NCBI GenBank assembly: GCA_019322485.1
Contig: JAHWIK010000015.1
Span: forward strand, 23,216-87,215
Length of the DNA: 64,000 nt
Origin: Candidatus Woesearchaeota archaeon
GTDB taxonomy: Archaea > Nanobdellota > Nanobdellia > Woesearchaeales > JAHWIC01
Direction of reading: 5' to 3'
In this document: positions 19,768-29,000 of the stretch, piece by piece
Numbering within the stretch: the first letter of the stretch is position 1
How the letters are laid out: every line of letters starts with the position of its first letter
Translations under genes and position numbers: made by a program
Notes under the pieces: model-generated
Databases searched by the model: none
What the model saw: the letters and a program-made list of their open reading frames with translations, nothing else
What the model was told of the DNA's origin: nothing

Positions 19768-20229
19768 ATGAAATACACAATATTATTGTCTTTATTGTCA
19801 ATTATAATAATAAGCGGTTGTTATGCTGAAAAATTAAATGAGGGGGATATTTATATCGATAGGATTGAAATAGTGAATCAGAGGTCTTGCGAAGAAATTG
19901 AAGCAGCTATGGAAACATCGGAATTAGCGAGACTTGATGGTTATAAAACAATGGCTGAAGTTTATACTTATGTAAGCCCTATAGAAGAATCGAGTGGACA
20001 AGATTATGCTTGCATTATCTTAAGAGAGGATCAGTATGATATGTATAAAAAAACTGGCAAGTTAGGATATACTGGTTGGAAACCTGGACTAAATAAAGCT
20101 GAAAGTCTACTTGGATTAGAACTAGATAAAACCACTAAAGTGTATTTTTGTTGTTATATTGTTGATGAGAATGGAGAGAAGATTTCTAATGATTTATGCA
20201 GTGAAAAGACATTTGAAAAAGTTTGTTAG
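19768..20229 (+). CDS. putative lipoprotein / small secreted protein
   Basis: Signal peptide ending in the lipobox-like 'IISGC'. Four Cys residues. Confidence 0.45.
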   Translation: MKYTILLSLLSIIIISGCYAEKLNEGDIYIDRIEIVNQRSCEEIEAAMETSELARLDGYKTMAEVYTYVSPIEESSGQDYACIILREDQYDMYKKTGKLGYTGWKPGLNKAESLLGLELDKTTKVYFCCYIVDENGEKISNDLCSEKTFEKVC

Positions 20230-20388
20230 TAACAAAAGAGCGATTAAATTAGCAGCAGACTTTATAGTTAAATTAATTCTTGCTTTAGTCTTATTCTTTT
20301 TGGGAATAGTTTTTGTAATAAGATGGATAGGGTTATTTTAGTGGATGAGCCGCCTATATGTTCTTTCTGAATTGGATATAGTTGATAT

Positions 20389-20739
20389 TTACCTTATCTC
20401 AACTTCACAGGTCTTCTTCGGCTCAACAGAAGCCTTTAGGACTCTTATTGTAAGTCCAAGAGCGCTTCTCTCTGTTCCTGTTGTTATGGTCAGGGTTTCT
20501 TCATCAACCCTTATCCTGCAGAAGGTTTCCTGCGGGCTGACATCAACAAGGATAAGATTTCTGCCTTCATGCTCAGTGATAAATCCTTTTCTAAGCACTA
20601 CAACAGGTTCTGGCTCAGGCTCTTTCTCTACTGCTGCTTCTTCTTCAGCTGCAGCCTCTGGTTCAGGAGCTTCCTCCTCAACAGGCTTAGCGCAGCCAAT
20701 AAGCAAAAACAAGATAAGAACTGAAATTATCTTTTTCAT
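20389..20739 (-). CDS. small lipoprotein, paralogue A of a tandem pair (conserved ~70-aa C-terminal domain of unknown function)
   Basis: 'LLIGCAKP' lipobox, an acidic Pro/Glu linker, then the conserved domain 'VVVLRKGFITEHEGRNLILVDVSPQETFCRIRVD...TCEVEIR'. Confidence 0.5.
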   Translation of the reverse strand: MKKIISVLILFLLIGCAKPVEEEAPEPEAAAEEEAAVEKEPEPEPVVVLRKGFITEHEGRNLILVDVSPQETFCRIRVDEETLTITTGTERSALGLTIRVLKASVEPKKTCEVEIR

Positions 20740-20743
20740 ATTA

Positions 20744-21232
20744 TCACCTCAACATAACTCTGCATGTTTCATCAGGGCTAAGGGATGGTTCAAGCACTTC
20801 TATGGTAATGCCCTGGATGCTTCTTGACTTTCCTTTGGTTATCAATATGCTCTCGCCATCTACCCTGAACGAGCAGTATGTTTTTTTTGGGCTTACATGG
20901 CTTAGAATAACATCCTTGCCCCTGAATTGAGTAACAATCCCAATTTCAAGCACTGTGCCAGGTTTTGGCGGCTCAGGCTCTGCCTCAACCTCTTCTATTT
21001 CCTCAACAACAGGCTCAAATTTAGGCTCTTCTTTTTTTCTTTCTGGTATTAACTCCTTGATGTTGCTTCTTACATCTTCGATAGAAATAAACTGCGATAG
21101 GTCTGGTCCAGCTAGAAACAGAAAAGCGAGAAGAAGCACAACCACAATAGCTATGTTAATCATGCGCGCCTTTCTTTGCTTCTCTAATTCATCTATGTCC
21201 TGTATTAACTTGGTTTCTGTTGTTTTCTTCAT
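20744..21232 (-). CDS. membrane-anchored paralogue B of the tandem pair
   Basis: TM helix, acidic linker, and the same C-terminal domain 'GTVLEIGIVTQFRGKDVILSHVSPKKTYCSFRVD...TCRVMLR' with two conserved Cys. Confidence 0.5.
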   Translation of the reverse strand: MKKTTETKLIQDIDELEKQRKARMINIAIVVVLLLAFLFLAGPDLSQFISIEDVRSNIKELIPERKKEEPKFEPVVEEIEEVEAEPEPPKPGTVLEIGIVTQFRGKDVILSHVSPKKTYCSFRVDGESILITKGKSRSIQGITIEVLEPSLSPDETCRVMLR

Positions 21233-21537
21233 AGTCTCTTGTATTCCTTCTTAACTCGTACCTTAATCTTGTTTATAGGAGCAAAGACTGGCCTCCCAAG
21301 GTGGTTAAACTCAACTCTTTTCTTCTCTTCATCTATATGCCTTACCTCTCCTTCTATATGGGGCTTGTCAGCTAGCCTAACCACATCGTGCATGGTTATT
21401 TGGTGTATACTGCGGACTGATTTCCAGCGGCCTCCCTTGCTTTTTACTCTGACCTGATGTATTTTAGCACTACTATCAGCTACTGATGAGCCAAATTTTT
21501 CGTGATGAGGCCTTCTCCTGGAAAATATTATTGACAT
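21229..21537 (-). CDS. small basic KOW-like domain protein. Its C-terminus resembles the NusG/Spt5 KOW; a ribosomal protein such as L35Ae is possible.
   Basis: 'VRLADKPHIEGEVRHIDEEKKRVEFNHLGRPVFAPI' parallels the NusG KOW '[26 protein letters not shown]'. Basic N-terminus. Confidence 0.35.
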   Translation of the reverse strand: MSIIFSRRRPHHEKFGSSVADSSAKIHQVRVKSKGGRWKSVRSIHQITMHDVVRLADKPHIEGEVRHIDEEKKRVEFNHLGRPVFAPINKIKVRVKKEYKRL

Positions 21538-21585
21538 TTTTATTCCTTTTATGATATATGCAAAGCACTTATTTAAGTTTTACTG

Positions 21586-22830
21586 TTATTTCTTTTTGCT
21601 CTTTACCTTCTTTTTTCTTTTCAATTTTCTGCCGCATTTATAGCAGAATTTAGCGCCTGGCGCATTCCTGGCTTTGCATTTCCTGCATATGGTGAGCTTA
21701 GGCTTTGGCTGTTCTTTTAATTTTTTAGCTTTGATAATCCTGTAGATAATCCATCCAATTAAAATCAAAAAAGCCAGGCCTAAAGTTCCGAATGCAATTG
21801 TGTTCATAAAAGCCCTTAATTTCCATGCTTCCTGGGCCTCTTTTTTTATATCAGCTAATTCCTTTATGCGTTCTTCATCCTCTGTTCTTTTGCACTCACC
21901 GCAGTCAGCAGCACAGCCCCTACATGTTTCTCCAGGCTGGCAAACACCATCACCGCACCAGTCGCAATCCTCAGCACAAACACCCTGCTCTTCAACCTCA
22001 CAGATGCCATTTCCGCAGTATGTTTCACAAACACCTAAGGAGGTGCACCTTTCATAGGCGCCGCAGGCACAATCCTTTGCAGAATTCCTGCAGTTTTCGT
22101 TAACTCCAGCATCACAAAAGCCGTCATTTCTTATAAACGGCGAATGGCTGCATGCCTTATGCACGCAATAGCTCCCTTCGCACTCATCTGCTTCATTGCA
22201 GAATTGTCCATCACATTTGCCTACATCAACTGGGCAGTTGCTGCATGTCTCGTATTGTTTCTCTTTCACCTCATTGCCGCAGTAGGTTGCGCATTTACGC
22301 TCATCAACATCTCTTTTGGAATCGCCTTTATCATCTATACAGCTTTTATTTGGGTCACAGGAACAGTCATTTTCTGCGCTGATGCAGGATTCGTAGCTGT
22401 TCCTTGTAGTGCAGATGCCATCACCTTCATATCCAAAGTCAAAACTTATTGTCTTGGTCTCTGTCTTTGTTGGCGGTGATGTCGGCCATGGATAGCAGGT
22501 CCATGTCTGCTTGCCAACACAGTTTACAATCAGGGGGGTTGAAACATGCCCGAAAATACCCTTTGCTTCTACCCTAAACCCAAAATTCTTAGTCTGCCCC
22601 GCCACAAGGTCTTCGCCTATATCCCCATTATGGTCTTCAGTTTTCCAATTGCATGTAAGCTTGCAGATATTGCTAAGACCCATATTGATGTTAGAAGTAA
22701 GTTCTACAGTCTCCCCCTGGTAAGGAAGGGATGCAGGACTGGGAATAGAACCAATGGTATACTCATAGGCATATGCAGGCTGAAGACTTACTAATAAAAC
22801 AAACAAAATGCATAGCGGTGTTTTGAGCAT
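21586..22830 (-). CDS. secreted Cys-rich repeat protein with a C-terminal TM anchor and a cytoplasmic zinc ribbon
   Basis: Signal peptide. 'CGNGICEVEEQGVCAEDCDWCGDGVCQPGETCRGCAADCGEC' modules. TM helix 'AFGTLGLAFLILIGWIIY' followed by 'CRKCKARNAPGAKFCYKCG'. Confidence 0.55.
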   Translation of the reverse strand: MLKTPLCILFVLLVSLQPAYAYEYTIGSIPSPASLPYQGETVELTSNINMGLSNICKLTCNWKTEDHNGDIGEDLVAGQTKNFGFRVEAKGIFGHVSTPLIVNCVGKQTWTCYPWPTSPPTKTETKTISFDFGYEGDGICTTRNSYESCISAENDCSCDPNKSCIDDKGDSKRDVDERKCATYCGNEVKEKQYETCSNCPVDVGKCDGQFCNEADECEGSYCVHKACSHSPFIRNDGFCDAGVNENCRNSAKDCACGAYERCTSLGVCETYCGNGICEVEEQGVCAEDCDWCGDGVCQPGETCRGCAADCGECKRTEDEERIKELADIKKEAQEAWKLRAFMNTIAFGTLGLAFLILIGWIIYRIIKAKKLKEQPKPKLTICRKCKARNAPGAKFCYKCGRKLKRKKKVKSKKK

Positions 22831-22869
22831 TTTTACTATACCTTGTCCTTTTGTAATTTAAAGTTTTCC

Positions 22870-24288
22870 TTAACCTGCTATAAACTCTATGATTCTGTCA
22901 TATACTTCCGGGGTAGTTAGAGGATACAGCATATAAGTGTGCTTAAACCTTTCTCCAGTGTAAGCCAGGTTCTTAGCGCCTTGTAAAGGCACGCTTGTAG
23001 AGCAGACAACATCATCATGGTATAGTTCAGTCTTGCCGCAGGGATAATAAGGCACTACACCAGCAACATGAATCATTCCTTTTTTTGCTTTTCCGGTTAT
23101 AGTCAGGTATCTTGTTCTACCTGGGGTTTCATCACCTGAGTTCAGCCTTGTCAGGAATGGACTTCCCTCAACCATGTCATAGCACTCCAGCCCAGGATGG
23201 GAAAAACTGCAGCCCACTGCAGGAGCTATTATATTTTCCCCGCCAATAATTCCGTGGTTTGGTGTTCCGATTGTAACAAGAACCTCAACACTCCCGCTTC
23301 CATATTTTCTTATATATTCTCTTGACACTAATCCGCCCATGGAATGGGCTATGATTATGACCTTGTTCTTTCCAGTGTAGTGCTTTAAGGTATCTATTGT
23401 CTTCTTAATCCTGTCTGAGTAGGCTGAGATATCCTTTTCATCCTCAACGCCAATTATCGAGCCCCTGTCATCATATACACCTAGGTAATAGGTTGTTCTT
23501 ACACAGACTGGTTTGTTTAGCTTTCCCCACAGTCCTGCTCCAACAGATTCCTCTCTTGCGCTTGGCAGCAGGATACCTTTGTTGATATAAAGGCCGTCTT
23601 TCTCAAGTTTATTCTGGAACTCTAAAAAATGATTTATGTTAGAATAATCTACATCCTCATTTTCTTTTGCAGAATGCCCATGGATAAGGATAATTGGTAA
23701 ATCAGTGTTGGGGTCAACGCTTTCTTGGGGTATGTATTCCTCTTTGCAGTCTGCAGGGCAATTCATTGGATTTTCATTAGCATCGCATCTTCCATTGCCG
23801 CAGGTTATAATCTCGCATCTTCTTGTTTTTGTGTTGCATCTTCCGTTAACACCACATCTGCAGTCATTAGGCGCTGTAACACAGTTTTCCCCAAGTTCAG
23901 ATTCACAGAGGCCGTCCTGGCAGTCAACTAAACCGCAGTCCTTGTCGCAGCCAAGCCCACACTCCCCAGGATTGCAGATTAGGTCGCCGCAATAAGAGTC
24001 TGCCTCGCAGCTTCCGCAGTCTTTTGCGCATGCAGAACAGCTTTCTTCTGCCTGGCAGAAATAATCCCCGCACCAGTCGCAGTCTAAGGAACATATGCCT
24101 CCCTCGTCTTCCTGGCAGATTCCGTCACCGCACCAGTCGCAATCAGCAAAACACAGTTCAACCTCATTTTCCTGGCAGATTCCATCACCGCAATAAGGCT
24201 TATTTGCAATGAAGAATAAATAACCAGAACCGCTTACCAAAAGGACAATGATGAACACCACAACTATTTCATTTTCAGATATTTTCAT
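22870..24288 (-). CDS. secreted alpha/beta-hydrolase (lipase class 2-like) with N-terminal Cys-rich 'CGDGICQ' repeats
   Basis: N-terminal TM/signal. Three 'CGDG(I/F)CQ..E....C..DC' modules. Nucleophile elbow 'IIAHSMGGLV'. Confidence 0.65.
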   Translation of the reverse strand: MKISENEIVVVFIIVLLVSGSGYLFFIANKPYCGDGICQENEVELCFADCDWCGDGICQEDEGGICSLDCDWCGDYFCQAEESCSACAKDCGSCEADSYCGDLICNPGECGLGCDKDCGLVDCQDGLCESELGENCVTAPNDCRCGVNGRCNTKTRRCEIITCGNGRCDANENPMNCPADCKEEYIPQESVDPNTDLPIILIHGHSAKENEDVDYSNINHFLEFQNKLEKDGLYINKGILLPSAREESVGAGLWGKLNKPVCVRTTYYLGVYDDRGSIIGVEDEKDISAYSDRIKKTIDTLKHYTGKNKVIIIAHSMGGLVSREYIRKYGSGSVEVLVTIGTPNHGIIGGENIIAPAVGCSFSHPGLECYDMVEGSPFLTRLNSGDETPGRTRYLTITGKAKKGMIHVAGVVPYYPCGKTELYHDDVVCSTSVPLQGAKNLAYTGERFKHTYMLYPLTTPEVYDRIIEFIAG

Positions 24289-24484
24289 AGGTGTGAGTTG
24301 GGGATTATCCTATTTAAGTTTTTGCTAAATTTAAAAAAACTTATAAAGAGGTTTGGACTTCCGGCAGTTATATGGCTCCTCTAGAAGTATCGGAAATGGC
24401 CCTGAGAATTGGTGTTCCTGTGTTGATGGGTATTACAGCTAGTGTCTATATTTTTGACTATTTTCTTAGAAGAAGGCAGTATGA

Positions 24485-24838
24485 TTAGTCTTTTGTGATT
24501 AGCTCATCAGCCTCAATATAAGGCTTTGTTCCTGCAAAAGGAATCTCACCATAACGGATTGTCCCCCTTACAACATAATCAACCTCATACTCAAATGTTT
24601 GCTGCGCTACTGCTTTCTTTACATAAAGATAAGGGCCACCGCTTACCTTAGCCCATTCCCGCTTTGCTGTTCCATCTATGATGCCCCTTATCTCAACTTC
24701 CATGCCTTCATACTTTTCAGGATTATCATTTATTGCTTTAATCAATGCACCATCACTTGCTTTTCTTACAATAATCTCATAGCCACCAAACTGGCAGCCG
24801 CATAAAAAAATTAAAAATAAAACTAATAGTTTTTTCAT
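24485..24838 (-). CDS. small lipoprotein
   Basis: 'LVLFLIFLCGCQ' lipobox. 4-nt overlap with the upstream gene. Confidence 0.45.
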   Translation of the reverse strand: MKKLLVLFLIFLCGCQFGGYEIIVRKASDGALIKAINDNPEKYEGMEVEIRGIIDGTAKREWAKVSGGPYLYVKKAVAQQTFEYEVDYVVRGTIRYGEIPFAGTKPYIEADELITKD

Positions 24839-26016
24839 TTTTTCTTCCTCTTTTTAGGCTTTAGTTTCTTTATCATTATTATCAATGCTGCAGCTATAAT
24901 AGCTAAGGCAACTGCCACATACAACAATGGAGATACCTTTCTTTCTGCTTCGTGCAGCTCTATTGTAAACTCCCTTTCAAAGGTTTTATCTTTATAGTAA
25001 GCCTTTGCCTTTAGTTCATAAGATCCAAGCTCCAGCTCATGCGCTTCCCAATGAAGCCTTACAGAGCTGTTCCTGTTTGGTTCGATATCAATCCTGTTTG
25101 CTTCCATAGCTGCAATTACTGTGCCATTCCTGATAATATCTGCAGTCAGGTTAACATCCTCAAGCTCTTTATTCCAGTTTGACCCTAAGAACATATTTAT
25201 CCTGTTGATTTTATCAACAACAGCAGTTCTTGTTCCTAAGAAAATCAGCACCCCTTCTTCACCAATCCTAAAACTTCCAGTTTCTTCTACTGCTTTTCCG
25301 GAAAACTTAATGATTGATTCTGCATCATACTCACCAGGCTTGAACAGGAACTTCTTTATGGTTAATTGGTTTTCATGACTTTTTCCAGGCTCAATAGTAA
25401 ATGTTGCTTTTGGCAGGGATAGTATCTTCTTCTCTGTATTTCCCAGAATCTTATAACCAAGCACTACATCATGGAATCCATTTACAAGTGCAGCTTTGTA
25501 CAGGCTTGCAACTTTCTCTTTATTCTCATATATGTTAAGGTCATTCTCTATTCCTCCAATTGTTATTGCGCCTTTGTTTTCCATTACTGTTGTAAATTTC
25601 ATAAGATATTGGCTGTCATCAATAACCAAAAGCTCTGTTTTAAGGTATTCCTCAGGATACGGAACAAATAAATTAACCGTATGATGTACTGATGGCTTTG
25701 TTGTTACTGTTCCTGAACCTGCTGGTTCTTCATATACAACTATCTTAGCCTGATGCTCGCCAGGCCCGAAAGGCCCTGATAGGTTAAAGCTGAATTCTTT
25801 TGGGCCTATTACAACCCCTTCACGCGCAATCTCCACGTCAAGCTCACCTTCAACACCAATTGTAATCCTTGTTGGAAGGTTTGATGAAGGTATAACTGTA
25901 AAAACACCTGAATGCTCTTTATTCCCAAAGAAATCTGTCTTTGCGGGCATTGCCCCTAAAGCAAACACAGCGTCTATTGAAAGCACCAATATAATAAATA
26001 AAATCCATTTTTTCAT
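24835..26016 (-). CDS. surface protein with a signal peptide and a C-terminal TM anchor plus Lys-rich tail
   Basis: N-terminal signal peptide. C-terminal 'LLYVAVALAIIAAALIIMIKKLKPKKRKKK'. 4-nt overlap with the giant gene. Confidence 0.5.
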   Translation of the reverse strand: MKKWILFIILVLSIDAVFALGAMPAKTDFFGNKEHSGVFTVIPSSNLPTRITIGVEGELDVEIAREGVVIGPKEFSFNLSGPFGPGEHQAKIVVYEEPAGSGTVTTKPSVHHTVNLFVPYPEEYLKTELLVIDDSQYLMKFTTVMENKGAITIGGIENDLNIYENKEKVASLYKAALVNGFHDVVLGYKILGNTEKKILSLPKATFTIEPGKSHENQLTIKKFLFKPGEYDAESIIKFSGKAVEETGSFRIGEEGVLIFLGTRTAVVDKINRINMFLGSNWNKELEDVNLTADIIRNGTVIAAMEANRIDIEPNRNSSVRLHWEAHELELGSYELKAKAYYKDKTFEREFTIELHEAERKVSPLLYVAVALAIIAAALIIMIKKLKPKKRKKK

Positions 26017-29000
26017 GTTGTTCTCACCAATATAGTTGAATTCTTCTGCCCCGAGGGCTCAAGCAACGGCACAGTTGCGTTCAAATCAATCTCTGCTGTG
26101 TCTGAGGCATCTTCCCAGTTTAGATTATATATTGCCGGCGTGCTGTTTGAAGGCATTGGAGTTAATGTTGTCGTTGCTGAAGTGAATGAGCCGGATTCAT
26201 TCACGCCTATTGCGAATTGATATGACTCATTTGGATTAGGCACTGTCTCAAACAAGTCAGTTGCATTTATTGATATGTTGACAATTAAATTGCCTACATT
26301 TTCCAATAGGAGCGGCAGTGGGCTGTCATCTTCTGTGGATTCACTAAAGCCAGGTATTACCACCCCAAAGTCAACTACATCCCTTGTCAGGTTTATTGCT
26401 ATGTATGAGCTTAATGTAAAGTTCCATACATCGCTCCATTCTCCTGAGATAATGGAGTGATAAGCCCTTACTCTCCAGAAATATGTCTTGTCAAGCTCGA
26501 GGTCGCTTATTAGTGTGTGGCTGGTTTCATTATTGCTTCCTTCTGATAGATTTCCTCTTGAGTAATCTAATGATGTAAAGATTGGCGAATCATCTATCTC
26601 TATCTCGTATTTTGCAGTTGTTGAGCCATTGTAGGTTGCATTGTACCAAGTGAATGTTGGCCTTAGCTCTGTTGTGGTGTTTCCGCTTTCCGGGCTTTTG
26701 AGGATAACCTTTGACGGCCTGTTGGCTTCTTCTCTTTCACATGCGTCTTTGCATGTGTAGCCATTGTATGTCTGGGTATAATCACAGACCCATATGTTCT
26801 CTTTGCTGTTTCCATTGCTCCAAGGCAGTTCTCCTGATACTGTTCTTGTGTCATTGTCATCTCTTAACTCAACCTCAACAGTATAGTATCCTTCACTCAA
26901 GCCGCTTAAACTGACTGTGCCATTGCACATTCCTGTTGATGCAAGCGGAACACTTCCGAGAGATATCCTGCTGCCAGGGCTGTTCTTTTCTGCATAAACA
27001 ACACAGCCAGAGGCATTAGCAGTAAATCCATAAGTGCTTGTGAAATTAACTGCTACATTCAGTGTTTCTGTTGGCACGTAATAATCCTTTGTTGGGTATG
27101 AAGTACTGCAGTTTGTGTCTATGCAGAAGAATCCTGTTGTTTGTTTTGGCAAGGTTCTTACATCAATGGTCAGGCTTGTGTTTGGACCAATATTGCCGAC
27201 ACCATCAACTGCCCTTGCATAGATTGTATTTAAGCCGTCAGATAATGTGAGGGCATACCTGCAGTCATAAGCTGATGTTTCATTTACCCATCCAGTGCCG
27301 TCATTAAACTGGCAAAGTTCAACGCCGGAATTCCATGTGCCAGAGTCAGTTGCATTTACTCTTACATAAACAGTGTCTGAGGCGCTTAATCTGGTAACTG
27401 TATTGTCTGTTTTTATCATTCTTAGCCTGGAGGTTGTGTAATCATCATCTGCAGGAGTTGTTTTTACAAATACTGGTGCTTGCGGCGGCTCTGTTTCAAG
27501 GATGTACTGCGTAACATCTGCATTTTGCTCTACTCCGCCTATACTTGTTGAGACATAATACGAGAAACTCGAGTTTTGTACAATTGTGTCATTATCAGGG
27601 ACAGTTATCCAGAATGTTAGGTTTAAAATCTGGTTTGGATATGCTCCGCTGTATTCTATAAGGACAGCCTGGTAATGATATCCTGATTGAGCACTGTACT
27701 GCACATTGAAATTACCAGAGTCTGTTCCATAGATTCCAGAGTTTGATGCATTCATCTCATAATCTAATGGCACATAGGTTGCGCTTGCACTTCCAAGATA
27801 AATCTGGATTGTTTTTCCGTTTACATTTGTGGCTGAGTCTGTGAATGTGAATGTAAGGTTTTTTCCTCTCCAATGATATTCTGTGTATGTCAGGTCAGGT
27901 GTTCCGCCGCCCCAGTTTGTGTTTACTGAGTAATCTGGGGGCTCTCCGCCTATGTAGCTGACTGCTGCTGCATCAGAGCATTTTAGCGTGCATGCTGCTA
28001 AACTATTTGTATACGGGGCCAGGCATGAAGCACCTGATGAACAATCTGAGTCTTCGCAGTCAACTGAATTGTCAAAATCATTGTCATAGCTGTCTGTGCA
28101 TGCTGATTCTGTTGTTCTATACCCTGTTCCTGCACTAGCCGAGTTGCAGATTCCTTGGCTTGTAGACCACACACCAACGATTCCATCACAGTCTGAATCC
28201 CTGCAGTCATAAACACCATCATTAAGGCTGGCGTTTATCTCATTAGGGTCATAATTTGTCTTTGAGATGTATTCATCTTGGTATTCATACTCATTGTTTA
28301 AGCCATCCATGCACGAATCTAGCGTTACATTCTCTTCTGGAGGACAGACCCTGCATAATCCTTGATGATAACATCCTGTATCATAACAGTTTGCAAGATT
28401 ATCGCCATCATTATCCATTGAGTAAGCTGTTGTTCCGCTTGAATTATAATCACCGCAAAGAGTATCATCAAAAGGATCAAAGTACATCTCTTCAAATAAT
28501 GCACATAAAATATCTCCTGGGCCCAGCAGGCCATTGCAGTCAGGGTCGCCACAATCTGTTCCTGAAGCATCATTTGTCTCGTATTCTGTTCCATTCCATG
28601 TGTAGGCATCTAGGTCATTGTCTAATGTGTCATTGCAGGTCTGCTCTACTATTGATAATCCTGAGCCGTCATCTGTACAGACATACAGGCCAGATTCCTG
28701 CACAGCATAGCAGTTATAATCATCACAATCTTCACCTGTATTTGCACCGGCATGTGCGCTTCCTGACTCTCCAACATAATAGGTTCCTAGGTCTTGGTCA
28801 TTGTCAACTCCATCAGAACAGTTGTATTCCCATCTTATTGTGCATAAGCCGATATTTCCTGAGTCATTTATGTAAGTGTTATTGCAGTCAGAGTCATAAT
28901 TATTCCATGCACAGTCAATTCCTGCTCCAGCTGCAGTACTTAGATTAATACCATCTGACAAATAATTATCAAGGTCATTGTCAATGCTGTCAAGGCACCA

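Noticed and set aside
21229-21537. Firm assignment as ribosomal protein L21e, L24 or L35Ae
   Set aside because: Similarity is limited to a KOW/SH3-like C-terminal stretch that equally resembles the NusG/Spt5 KOW. I left it as a generic KOW-like small basic protein.
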